From Zootoca vivipara (Eukaryota): DNA of 63,937 nucleotides. Positions 11,253-23,486 of the stretch are shown piece by piece. The position numbers were made by a program, and so were the translations under genes. Under the pieces are notes generated by a model. The model was not told where the DNA came from, did not search any database, and worked only from the letters and a program-made list of their open reading frames with translations. Location of the stretch: NCBI RefSeq assembly GCF_963506605.1, contig NC_083287.1:20646064-20710000 (forward strand), written 5' to 3'. Within the stretch, counting starts at the first letter, position 1. Every line of letters begins with the position of its first letter.

Positions 11253-12873
11253 ACAAATGTTACTATAATTAAAATACTAACACAAAATGGCAGATAGTGA
11301 GTAAAATGGCTTGATGCATTGAAGTGCGAGTACACAAAACAAAATAGTACCGTACACAACCAGCCCAGGTAGGAATGCATAGCTCACAAGGCAACCCTTT
11401 AGCCATGCCAAGGAGAAATTTCTAGTTAAGCTGAAGAAATCTTGCTCTCACAAGCATCCCCGCAGTTAGAACAGGGGTCAGAGCTTGAAGATACATGGAA
11501 CAGTCTAGCAAGCATTAAACCCACAATGCTGATCAATTAGGGAATTTATGAGATGTATGAGAAGTATCATTGCAAGATATGGCAATGATTACATGCATTT
11601 ACGTTGTGGCCCATGCAATGATTCATTTCCATACATGGCTGCTGCTGGGGGAAGATATTTATTTGGCTTAAAATGCTAGTGCCTATGCAGATGCATGCGT
11701 TGATTACACAAAGCAGAGCCAAAATAAACACACTGTTCCAGGGCATGTTCAGAGTTCCAGCTGACCCGCTCAGTAACAGCTGCTTTTACCTTATTTATTA
11801 CTTATTTAATTCTGTTTATGAATTGCTTCCTATAAAACATCTCAGAGTGATTTAACAATAGAAACATCAACTATAAAACAATGTCATATAGAAAACAAAA
11901 CAATTTATTATAAAAACAATTTGAAATCCAATGCAAATTCAGACTGGAATAAAAATCTTCACTTATCTGGCTAGTTGAAAGGGGAAGGTCTTCAATAGAT
12001 ACTGAAAGGACAATAAATACTATTTTAGAATATGAAACCATTTCTTCAGTGTGGATTGTGGAACTTTAGTAGTCATGCTAAGCCATCTTGTTTTTTATTG
12101 ATGTGCTATGATGTTTTTATCCCATAATATCATTTTCCGTTTTCTGCAGTTTCAGGAGATCAGTGGTGTGAAGTATTGCAATTTTTGGTAATACTCAAAA
12201 TTCTTTGCCAGGAATTGTAAACCTTGGCCTATATTTACTGATCTGAAGTTCTTTTGACAGAGTTAATGGTTGGCCATTCTTTAAGAATCTGTCTTAGGTT
12301 TCAGTCATTAATTAGTGAAAGTAGAACTGTTACTGAGGACCTGCGAGAGGTGGTAGAAGCAGTACATTTAACTTTAATACATAATTTCCCTTCTCTCGAA
12401 TTGTGATATTTGTGCATGTGGATCTTTTAAATATATTTTGTGCCCTAAATAGATATATCAGTAACTTACTTTAAGGGACATTATTGTGCTTCTATGGAAA
12501 CTGTAGAAATCCATTTGAAACAGAATTCCTAGCAGCTTTAAGAATCAAACTTGTAATATCACTGGATTGTTCCTAGGTTGAGCGCCTATGAAGCACGATG
12601 TTATTGAGTGAGAGTTCTGAAAAATTCTCTGCTTCCAGATAAGTAGGTTTAGGATTGCAGTCTTATGATTTCAGAAATTTCATAATCATTTTTCATGTTC
12701 CAGTTCACTGTTCAATCTTGAGGTAGTAAAATTCTAAAAAGGACCTCATTCTTTTTTATATATACATGTAGAATAAACTTCCAAGCACTTATGCACTACT
12801 TTGCTGAATCAAGCATCTGTTTATTGTGGAATGCTAATATGTACAAAGTTGATAGTTGGTATGGTGGTGGGTG

Positions 12874-12875
<2 letters not shown>

Positions 12876-12918
<43 letters not shown>
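12876..12918. repeat. (CA)n microsatellite
   Basis: Read directly; a shorter interrupted (CA)n is at 1270-1300. Confidence 0.97.
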
Positions 12919-12920
<2 letters not shown>

Positions 12921-13834
12921 GACACCAGATTGAATTTCAGATTGCTGTGATCTGTTTGATCTTAAAGGTGACGATTTTAATGTACATTCATTCAAAAGCA
13001 AAACTTTCTCTGTTCTCAGCACCAGATGTATTCATTATCGGCATCTGCAGAACAATTATTTTTCCAAATTAGTAAAAGTGTATTTAGATACATTGTCTTG
13101 AATAATCTGAATTTATTTATTTTTTTGTTCAGAACTATTTCCAATAATAAAAATGTCTTGGCTGTGGTGAGTCTTGCCAAAGTTGCATCTAGATTAGACT
13201 GTTGTAATATGTGGGCCTGCTTTTGGAAAGTGTCCAGAAATTGATTGAGAAATTCTGCCACCGTACAGAGATAGCCAATGTAAAGCCCGCCCTCTATGTG
13301 ATTTTGACCCCAGCCAGTATGACCAATCACCAGGGATAATAGGAATTGTAGTCTTTAGGCCCTGAAGGCAGGGCTACCTCTTCTATACCATTGAGAATGT
13401 TGAATCTCATCCTTAGAAAGGTTTGTCGCCCTCTTTTTTGGTTTTTCAACATCAGCCACAGTGGGCATTCATCAAAAGATCTTTCATTCGGTCCTGATTA
13501 GGTGGCCTTCTTGTTTCTGCTACTATGATCTGTGTTGCTAATTGGCATTTATTGGGTGCTGTCAATTGTTTAATGATTTTATATTACTTTTAATATGCCT
13601 TGTTTGCTGAGATTTTGAGAGGAAAGGCAAATTGTCAACAATTTTAATAATATATTTTTAAAAACAAATAATACAAATGCTTAGTCAAACCCATAGAAAT
13701 AATTACTATGAAAAACATGTTACAGATAAGTTTTCAAATGATATGTAGATTAGTGAAATATTTAATTGCAATTACCTTGCAATGTTTATAAGAATAAAAA
13801 CAAATTTGCAGTAAGTCTACTGTAGTTCTACAGT

Positions 13835-13837
<3 letters not shown>

Positions 13838-13877
<40 letters not shown>
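13838..13877. repeat. (TA)n microsatellite
   Basis: Read directly; another is at 47817-47843. Confidence 0.97.
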
Positions 13878-13879
<2 letters not shown>

Positions 13880-13969
13880 GAGAAAAGTGAACTGTAAATA
13901 CATTAAATGAATAAAACAAAATATATTTGTTTTCTATATTTAATATTTGTGTGATACTATAGTTTATTG

Positions 13970-14427
13970 CAGTGTTTCTCAACCTTTTTTGGGCCACGGC
14001 ACACTTGTTCCATGAAAAAAATCACGAGGCACACCACCATTAAAAAAGTTAAAAAATTTAACTCTGTGCCGCCCTATATTGACTATAGGAAGGAGGAAAT
14101 TAATCTCCCTCCCGCCACCCCATGGGAGGGGAGAAGCCTTCAGACCCCCAATTCTCCTCTCCTGCGGCCCGAAGTGGTACAGTCCAGGCAAGGCTCTGCC
14201 TGCCCCCGGATTACAAGGGCGCACACACTTCCAGGGGAGCTGCGGGGCGGCTCAAAGGCGAAAGGTTACCTTGGCTGCTGCTTGCGGGTAATTCCGGACC
14301 GCGAAGCCCAGCGTCCGCCACGCAGCCATGGCGAAGGACGGGCGAAGGAGGCAGGGGAGGCGGAGCAACCTCGATGCGGCTTAAGGGGGGCCGACGGCGG
14401 ATCTGGAACAGCGGTTGAGAAACGCTG
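13970..14427. mobile_element. Non-autonomous hAT (Charlie-like) element with GC-rich interior
   Basis: TIRs CAGTGTTTCTCAACC / GGTTGAGAAACGCTG; perfect 8-bp TSD GTTTATTG. Confidence 0.9.
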
Positions 14428-14543
14428 GTTTATTGAACACATCATGCTCTTTGTGAATCATTTATTACCTTTATATGTCCACTAAGAAATAAATTTGCTG
14501 GGCTTCAGTTTTAGTGGGAAAAACTTCTTAAGGAATATGTTTC

Positions 14544-15558
14544 TGTAAGGAGATCAGGCTCTTTCCAGATAAGGTCTAAGTGTCATGCAGGTTGAGTGTA
14601 ATATAAGACCACTTACAAGCAGCAGGGGAGAAAAGTCTTGTCTGCATGACTGGCTGATGTCACTGTTGAACACATCCGGTTGGGGGGCTGGCTGGCTGCC
14701 CGCCAAATCTTTAAATTCAAACGGGCCAATTATGGCCCTTGGGTGGACGATGGTCTGGAATGGACCTGTGGGTGCCAGTCTTCTTTCAGGTCCACCACCA
14801 CAGCATAAAAGCTGGCTGCATTGCAAGCATGTAATGAGTCAGAATTGGACACCCCACCCTCCCACCTTGTATGTTATTGGCTCTACCCCAAGGTAAGCAG
14901 GCATAGCACATGTATGTCCTTACTGTGCAATTAATGTCAGCATTAATTAATGCTGTGAAATTAATATTTTGGGCCAGGAAAGAATTTGGCTACAGGCAAA
15001 TTGACCCTGTCTGGGTTTTTTTTTCCTCCCTTCCTCACAGTAAGTGTAAAAACCTTTGGTGAAAAAAAAGCTTTGGGTTGGATAATTAGTCTAAGCTAAG
15101 GGGTTGGGTGGGAGGGTGGGTGTGCTCCACCCTCTGATCTAGTATCAAATTCAGGGTAACCCGGTAAAGGGGTCCAAGGGTAGGATTCTGTCCAAAAGCC
15201 CAGACGGGGCTAATGAGCCATAGAATACAGTGGTACCTTGGTTGTTGAACGGCTTTGCTCCCAAACAAATTGGCTCCCAAACGCCACAAACCCAGAAGTG
15301 ACTGTAACCCCAAATTGTGACCTTGTGGGATTGCCCTATTTGATTTGCATCATGGGGGGGAGGGGTCCTTAATCCCAGGATCGACCCCGATGGAGTTATC
15401 AGCCAGCAACAGGGTTGGCTGATTCAGGATACATACCAAATGCCTGTGTCAAAGCCAACTTACATCTGTAATCAATAAAGTTGTAAGCATTTCGATCCCA
15501 AGCTGGTGTGGCATTTCTGCTCCTTCTACACCTCCACCCCCCCCACCCTGATCTTACA
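14544..15558 (+). mobile_element. Candidate solo LTR (~1 kb) containing a truncated mariner MITE at 15228-15304
   Basis: TGTAAGGAGATCAGG ... CCTGATCTTACA termini (TG...CA, imperfect inverted repeat); AATAAA at ~15474; raised GC content. No clear TSD. Confidence 0.55.
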
Positions 15559-16222
15559 ACCATCTTGTTTTTGTGGTTGTTGTTTGCTTTAGGCTAGCAA
15601 AAAACTAGCTCTTACTCTGGATCAATACTATAAGTACTATAAGACAGAGATGTTTGTCAGGAAAATGACAAAACAGATCCATGTAATATGATTGTTTATA
15701 TAAATAGAAATTACTTCCATTCACACATCCTTTGCCTTTCATGGTTGCGGTCCCCCATGGTGCATTGATTACACTCTGTTTTTATTGGTGCATGTTATTT
15801 ACAGTGCAATGTGTCCATAAATCATGTCTGCCTCAGTCTGAGTCAGAATCTCGCAATGGCTGCTTTCTGTTTTGTTCCCAACATAACAGCCTGGGAACCC
15901 CGAAGCGCCTCCCCCTACTCTGACAGGGAGCCGTTTGTGTCTATTCCAGCGTGGGGGGAATGGCCTCCCGGCTGACTGTCTGCTGGTCTCTTATTCCACC
16001 GCTCTCTCTCCCTCCCCTTGGAGCAAGGGCTCTCTGAGGCTATCAGAGCCACGGGTCTCCCTTTCTGTTTCCTGGCTCTTGTAATCTGATCCCGTGCTTG
16101 ACTTACTGCTTGGTGAGGAACTCGACCTGATGAGAGGGGGCTGGTCCCTATAAGCCTTTCCCCTTACACCCAAGGTAGCACTGTATTCAGTTTTCCATTA
16201 ATGTGTTTTTATGGTAACATAT

Positions 16223-16584
16223 GGGACGCGGATGGTGCTGTGGACTAAACCACTGAGCCTAGGACTTGCCGATCAGAAGGTTGGCAGTTCAAATCCCTGC
16301 GATGGGGTGAGCTCCCATTGCTCGGTCCCTGCTCCTGCCCACCTAGCAGTTCGAAAGCACGTCAAGTGCAAGTAGATAAATAGTTTCCACTCCAGCGGGA
16401 AGGTAAACGGCATTTCCGTGCGCTGCTCTGGTTCGCCAGAAGTGGCTTAGACATGCTGGCCATATGACCCGGAAGCTGTCTGCGAACAAACACTGGCTCC
16501 CTCGGCCAGCAAAGCAAAATTAGTGCCGCAACCCCAGAGTTGTTCACGACTGGACTTAACTGTCAGGGGTCCTTTACCTTTACC
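16223..16584 (+). mobile_element. Sauria SINE, full length
   Basis: Head GGGACGCGGATGGTGCTG, ACCTTT tail, TSD TTTTTATGGTAACA. Confidence 0.94.
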
Positions 16585-18572
16585 TTTTTATGGTAACAGC
16601 ATCCAATTAGTATGTACTTTTATTTAGGAAGTATCTAAATAATAATTGGAAATTTTTGCTTTGAATCATTGATTTAAATTGGCCTTTTTTCCTTAGTGAT
16701 CTAAATTGCTGAGGTAAATCACCTTGATCTTTTACAGCCTATAATTATACGGTCAGAGCTAAATTACTTTATTGAAAGAGTTCTATACCATACGCTGTAC
16801 CTTAAATCTTTCTTAAGAAAGGCCTTAAATACAGACTTTTTCAGAAATCCCGTTTAAAAGAATATTAGTCTTCATTATTAGCTCCAACAGGCTGCTTACA
16901 CTCACGGAATTTTTTAGGCTAGAGAATAAAAATAATTCTGTACTAATATAGATGATGTGGCTGTACATCCCTAAAGGTTTACCTTTCCCAGTCTGGACCA
17001 GTGGATTTTTGCAACAAATAAGGATGCCAGTCCAAATTTTGGCAAGTTCCAACTGGGTGTCAGTTCATGCAATATTATTCATTTGTTGCTTTGAGTAAAG
17101 GCCCCAATTGTGGTCTGACTTATTAAATACAATAAAGAAATAAAATCCCAATGATGGAGGAACTGTGCTTCTGTGACTCCCATCCTGCTCAGATAACTGA
17201 GGAACCCTGAGTTGCTTCCCCCACCCATATTTTTTACAGCTACAATAAAGTTGCATTTATTTATTTATTTATTTGTCTAGAGAAGGTGAAACAACAGGTC
17301 TTATAACTTACTGCACATGTTTACATGTGTCTGCAACCGTATTAATAAATTCATTCATTCATACCCATTTGTGCTCAGTAGGGTTTATTCCCTACTTAAT
17401 TTATTTAGGAATGTATTTTTGAATGAATAGTAGCTCCTAAATCACATATCAATATCCTTTTAGTATTATGTAATGATTTTGTTTAATTGCTTTACATAAA
17501 AGTAGAAAAATATTTTGCAGGCCATTATAAACCAGTAAAAATAATCACTCATTTTCTAAGAAATGTCCCATGAGTCACCATAATGGTTTAATTTTCTTTG
17601 CTGTTTAAAAATTAAAACACTAAAATTATCACAGGAATTCCTTGGTATTCAGAGTAGTTAGGCTAATAGGTATTGATCATTGATTTTTTTTTAATTCTGA
17701 TGTAAAAATAATTTTCTAGTAGCCTTTTTTGGTTTTTGTTGCAACTTTGGATAGAACTTTAATCTTGTCTGTTCCTTTTACATGTATTTCTGTAATAATG
17801 TTTTTAAGAGAGGACTTTAGCAATTATATTTCTTCTTTATTTTGACATTGGGGTAGCCATTTGTCATCCTATAGTAGACAACATGGTAACCTCCAAATAT
17901 TCTTAGACTACAGTTCCCATCAACTCCCATCAGAGCTCCAACCAGAATGGGTTAGTGTTCAAAAATAATGGGAGTTGATTCCAATAACTGCTGTAGGGCA
18001 CCATACTTTGCTATAGCAATCTTTTTATAAGCATTTATGGAAATGGGGTAATATTAAATCTTAATATACTCTGCACGGTAAGTTCACTATTAGGAAAAGT
18101 GGCAATTTTTCTCAAAAAGTAGCTTACTTTAAGAACGCTGTTCAAATAGAAATTAACAACTTATTAAAAGTAAATCAAAACAACTTTAGCACGTGCTTCC
18201 TATCATGCTTGAAAAATGTATGAGTGCAACAGTGTATTGTATCGAATATATTTCCCCCATTCGTTAAAACATTGTCACATACATTGTTATAATAACAGAA
18301 AAGAGCACCAGATTTGTAGCAATAGTGGAGAAAGTTTACATATTAGGAGAACCTCTTATACCATGAAGAAAAATATAATAATACATATAATACAATATTC
18401 TTTCCCCTTTCTGCTAAACTAATGAGAATAGTATGCTTAGATGACATGCTGAGTTTTCTGAGATCTTTGCTACCTTAATGCAGTATAGAATTAGGAGGCT
18501 GTTTTGATTAATCTTTAGTTTTTGTTTATTCACCCAGGTAATTACTACTTATTGAAAGTGCCAAGTGTCAAT

Positions 18573-18672
18573 ATGTACCATTCCATCACTGAAACTAGCC
18601 ATCCTTTACAAGCTGAAGAGCAGGAAATAGGCATTGATCCCCTGCAAAGTTATGTGAACAAGCCTGATGAAG
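18573..18672 (+). CDS. TBC1D5: TBC1D5 first coding exon (exon starts at 18538 with 35 nt of 5'UTR); MYHSITETSHPLQAEEQEIGIDPLQSYVNKPDE, phase-1 end
   Basis: Translation matches the vertebrate TBC1D5 N-terminus as I recall it (human MYHSLSETRHPLQPEEQEVGIDPLSSYSNK). Pyrimidine tract and CAG acceptor at 18535-18537; ATG at 18573 with A at -3; donor AAG|GTGAGT at 18673. Confidence 0.96.
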
Positions 18673-20319
18673 GTGAGTTGATTATTTTTACACTCAACAT
18701 TTTAGAAAATGTATGAGAATTTTTGAATGGCTATGTGTTTATAATGTCTTCCATACCCCCTGCCCCCCCCCAAACATAACTGAACAGAAATATTTTAAGA
18801 AACATTTCACTGTGTGTGTTGATCATTCTGGCCCTAACAAAAACCCCAAAACATTCAACTATTTTCATACTGAAATACTAGTCAAATGTTTAATTCCCTG
18901 TTATCTTTTCTTATCATAAACAAAACAGTGATATTGAAATCCACTATAGGAGCCATGTAAATGTGAGCTCTTTAACTCCCCCCCTTTAGATTTCTTATTA
19001 CCAAAACCTGGTCGTTATTTTATGTTTCCTATTATTTCATTTGGTTTTCTAAGTGCTTTTGTAATTCATTCGGTAAAAGAAGATTTAGCAATGTCCTATT
19101 AAATTTGAATTTGGCATTGTTAACACAATCCAAGAAGAACTTTCCAATCTCCTTGTACCTTTAATTGTTAATCAAAGCTGTCAACTTTGACACTCCTGTC
19201 CTAATATATTGTGTGTGATGTTCATTTGTTTCTCAAGCTAACCAATATTGTATACTGCATCTTAAAAACACTTACTCAGGAATCGCCAACAAAGTTAAAA
19301 GCATAGTGAAAGAATAAAAACAAAAACAGTTAAAATGTTTGCAGTAGTAAAAGCACATTGTAAGATGTAGAGGGGGGGGGGACCAAAGAGAAAGGAAGTG
19401 TTTTCAGTCTCTTAAGTTCAACAGAAATGAATCCAGAAAGGACATGGAGATAGTAAACTACAGCTGAAAAGGCTCTCACTCTTACTCACCTCACTCCTGA
19501 AAGTGGAACCATAAGGATCATAATAGTTGGGCAGGTTGATGTGGCCACACACCTAGATTTGTGATGATATATTGGCATATTATTTATTTTCAGGCCACAG
19601 ATTTTCAGAATTGAAGGTGAAATGTATCAGAAGTGCAATGAAAACATAGTACCTTGAATGATGCCAATTTGTTAGTTGAACTTCCTACTTACCTGCTATT
19701 ACTGACTACTATTTGGTTCTTCAGATGCTCTGCCCATACATATACAATACTTAGAGGGGTAAGCAGGACCACACACCCCTAGCCCCAATCTCAGTGTGGC
19801 TGGCCCCCTGGCCGTGACCTCAGCACATTACAGTGAAGCATTGGAAAGGGGTATCCATGCATGTATAGCTAAATGCGCATAGCTATCCTTTTCAGATTAC
19901 TGTGCACAACATACAAAGGCTACTAATGTAATAGGACTTTTAATTCTCTTCTCCGCCTCCAACCCCCTGTGTGCACTCACAATTTGCTTCAGGGAGTAGG
20001 AAATTAAGGAGAAGCCCCATTGTGTGAGTGGATGCCCACTTATGCTCTGTTGGATCTCAGCCTCTGCTGCTGAATGTAGACAAATGTGGGTCTTAACAAT
20101 TGTGGCTATTATTCAGCAGCAGAGCCACAGAGCTGGTCCTCCATTTACCAGCATCACTGTTGCTCATAGCTCTGAGGCATAGCTGAGGTTGGGGCTGCAC
20201 AGATGCCCCAGTGGTCTCACCATTGCCCCAGCCCTGCCCAGGAAAACAGCACTTATGCTGGTGTCGGGAGAGTGGCTCGGTCCCACCGTACAAGCCCACT
20301 ACTGCTGTCAGTACGTTTT

Positions 20320-20395
20320 AGAATCATAGAATCGTAGAGTTGGAAGAGACCACAAGGGCCATCCAGTCCAACCCCATGCCGAGCAGGAAACACCA
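20320..20395 (-). mobile_element. CR1 LINE extreme 3' end
   Basis: TAGAATCATAGAATCGTAGAGTTGGAAG is the reverse complement of the (ATTCTRTG)n CR1 tail; a similar piece is at 22072-22200. Confidence 0.75.
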
Positions 20396-20807
20396 TTTGA
20401 ATTTATGATAGAATTATCCCTGAGGGGACAAAAATAGGGGAAATGTTATAATAATCAAATGCCTTGTTGTTCATGCCTTGTTCATATCTGGCCTATCAAA
20501 AATCAGTGATCTTAATAATTCAATGTGTCTTCAAAAATTAATGTGCTTTTATGTAAATTATGTTCACAGTTACTCAAATATTTGGTTATCCAAATATTTT
20601 ACATTACACTAGTCCAACAGAATGTATCATTCATATTTAAAAGTTTGGACATACTAGGAAGCTGTTTTTGTGAAACATTTTTAAGTTCCCGATTGCTTGG
20701 GTTTTTTTAGCCTACATAAATCATCAATTAATAGTATAGAATAAAATGTTAATTCTTAACCATGTATTTTAACATCTTTGGGAAGTATTTTTAATCAGTT
20801 GTACTCT

Positions 20808-20830
20808 CTGTGTGTGTGTGTGTGTGTGTG
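20808..20830. repeat. (TG)n microsatellite
   Basis: Read directly. Confidence 0.95.
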
Positions 20831-20923
20831 CGCGCGTGCCCGTGTGCCTTGAGCAATTAGTTACCTAGACATAGAAGACTTTATAGTTTTTATCTGAACC
20901 TTAACATTGCTGCAACATACAAA

Positions 20924-21087
20924 NNNNNNNNNNNNNNNNNNNNNNNNNNNNNNNNNNNNNNNNNNNNNNNNNNNNNNNNNNNNNNNNNNNNNNNNNNNNN
21001 NNNNNNNNNNNNNNNNNNNNNNNNNNNNNNNNNNNNNNNNNNNNNNNNNNNNNNNNNNNNNNNNNNNNNNNNNNNNNNNNNNNNNNN
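20924..21087. other. Assembly gap (N run)
   Basis: Ns. Confidence 1.
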
Positions 21088-21571
21088 TGAAGTAATCAAG
21101 GCCCTCATTCAGCTTGGCTTCTCTGTATGCTCTAAAACAGCTGTCAACTGTTAAAAATATATACACAACACACAGATACGCACATGCGAAGATAGAGATA
21201 TGTAAATACATGGTTCCCCAAAGTCATAAAGGTTACCAACCATAGTACATTTTTACGTTCTATATGTAAATATTTTATATAAAGCATCCATTTCATCTTC
21301 ATGGCTTTTTTACAGTGAAACACAGACTGCATTTTAATTTAGTGCCATATGCATCCAAGATTCATCATCTCGAGTTTTATACTATTATTTAAAATAAGGT
21401 ATGCAGCAGATATTAGGGGTGGAGTGGACTTTATGTTATTTTCCTAGCCCAAATGTTGCAATTCAGGAATTCAATATCAAGGAGCAGGATGTGGTCTATA
21501 ACTAAGAGATCATTGCATTATAGGAATCAATGAATCATGGTAGCAAGACTGTCCCTATTCAGAAACAACTA

Positions 21572-21734
21572 TAGTGGTACTTTGGGTTAAGTACCTAATC
21601 CGTTCCGGGGTGCCGTTCGCACCCTGAAAAGTACTTAACCCGAGCAGCGCTTCTGCCATGCGCGCATGGGGGTCCACCGAGTACGCAACCTGAAAGTACG
21701 CAACCCGCAGCTTACTCAACCTGAGGTACGACTG
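21572..21734. mobile_element. Tc1/mariner MITE
   Basis: TA|TAGTGGTAC...GAGGTACGACTG|TA termini. Confidence 0.85.
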
Positions 21735-21969
21735 TATAGCTGCCTTCAGTAACACTGTTGGATCTTGGAGCATCCCCAGAATATCATTCATTTATTCAGT
21801 ACATTTCTATGCCATCCTTTATCATAACTAATCTCAGGGTGGTTAACACACACATGATTATTAAAACTATAACTCACAATAAAACAATAAACCTGCAAGC
21901 TGTATGTCTAATATCTGAGCATGAGAAGCACCTACAGACTAGAATCATTCTCAGTTTATTGACCTTCAT

Positions 21970-22070
21970 CTAGCCCGCCACTGCATCCAGTGACTATTTA
22001 GGACTGGTACAACCTCACTTGGCTCAGTTGACAAGGTGAAATAGTGTTGGGTGTCATCAGCATACTCATA
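21970..22070 (-). mobile_element. L2-type LINE reverse transcriptase fragment
   Basis: Minus strand reads EYADDTQHYFTLSTEP (RT YADD motif in a YADDTQLY-like context); an L2-like 3' tail lies at ~21790-21850. Confidence 0.7.
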
Positions 22071-22384
22071 GCATAGAAACACAGAACTGTAGAGCTGGAA
22101 CGGATCCTGAGGGCTATCTAGTTCAACACTCTGCAAAGCATCTATGACAGATGGCCATCCAACCTCTGAAAGAGAGTCCATTCCACGATTGAACAGCCCT
22201 TACCTTGCTCCACATCCCCTGATGACCATACCCTGTAGATTCCCCCAAGGATTGCGGGGGGGGGGCATTGTCAAGGTCAATATATGCAAGGGGTTTGGAC
22301 AGCAACCGAAAAAAGGTGATCCATCAATTGGCTCAAGTTGTGAGCAGCCAGGTTGGCTTTGGTCCACTTTGTACAGCTTCAGCA

Positions 22385-22500
22385 CCATTCCACGTGTTGA
22401 TACGCACTGACAACTCCACTGCAAAATCTCACATTGTGTGTCAAGGGGGTGCAAGGTTGGCATCCCTTCAAAGGGAAGCATCTCTTCAACTGGGCCAAAA
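22385..22500 (+). mobile_element. DIRS-like retrotransposon RNase H fragment
   Basis: HVLIRTDNSTAKSHIVCQGGARLASLQREA resembles the DIRS RNase H motif HVLVRTDNTTAxAYINRQGGTRS..L..EA. Confidence 0.7.
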
Positions 22501-23486
22501 AACAGCAGTTACCAGTGCCACAATTGATGTGGAGGGCACTATTTTGGCTGTCCCAACTATAAGCAATGGTAGAAATTCTGCCTACATTGCCTTTTCAAGA
22601 GTAGCCAAGAAATCAAGAACAGTCAGTGGGAGTATTCCAGTAAACATCTCAGATTTGACCATCTCTGGGTGAGTTTCCATGGAAGCTTCTCAGACTCTTT
22701 GTGTGTTGCTTTAGTGATACACCGTAGGTGTAGAAAAGACGATTGGTGTATCACTTCTAAACTTTTATATTGTAATAATTGTATCTTTAGCTTCTTGAAC
22801 AATCTTCTACTGTCTTTCTATCACTCTTTATTTTCATGTGTGCTTTTTCCTTTTGAATATTAGAACATGCTTCCATGTGGATGCTTTATAAATAATGTCA
22901 CACCCCAGGTACAAATGTTGGTAGGTGTATTTCCTTGCTTCATGTGGTGGTTAGAAATAAGTGTTGTAGCCTACTATGTAGATGGATGCTGAGCAAAACA
23001 GGAAATTATAATGCTTTGGCAGGTGTTTAGGATATCATTCAAAAATATTATCTGGAATAGGATGCTAATGGTGATGAACAATTCAGGCTGTGTAGAACAT
23101 TCATTGCTGAAACTTATCCAGTCTGCCATATTTTATTCCCTCTAAATAGCAGCAAAGCTTTCTTCTGCTGCTTCCAACACCAGATGCTTACTTAGCAAGC
23201 TTTTAATAGTCATTTATTAATAATAGCTTCTGTGTAGTTTGCTTTTACTTGAACAGCTACAGATCTGTAGCGACAAAGGCCATTGGCATATCACTTTTCC
23301 ACTTACGTCTTGTAATAATTGTCCCTGTCACTTGCTTCTTAATCAGTGTTGTCCTCTTGTCTTGTAATCACTTTAATATTTTCATATACAGTGTTCTTTT
23401 TGGATAGAGCATTAAACAGTGAGCATCACTGATATTTTTTTCAAGAATTACACTATAATTCACATAATACAAATAAAGATATATAT

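Noticed and set aside
11030-11380. Recurrent peptide MTKPLLANQSS in many ORFs
   Set aside because: Translation of the Sauria SINE antisense strand, not a gene family.
12130-12195. Possible 5'UTR exon (tttccgttttctgcAG ... G|GTAATA)
   Set aside because: The splice-like signals are plausible, but there is no homology or transcript support available here.
13967-14485. 172-aa ORF
   Set aside because: Coincides with a TSD-flanked non-autonomous hAT element; no recognisable protein motif.
1-18537. Main TBC1D5 promoter or CpG island
   Set aside because: The only CpG-rich patches lie inside transposons. The ATG exon has a splice acceptor, so the main TSS is probably upstream of the window.
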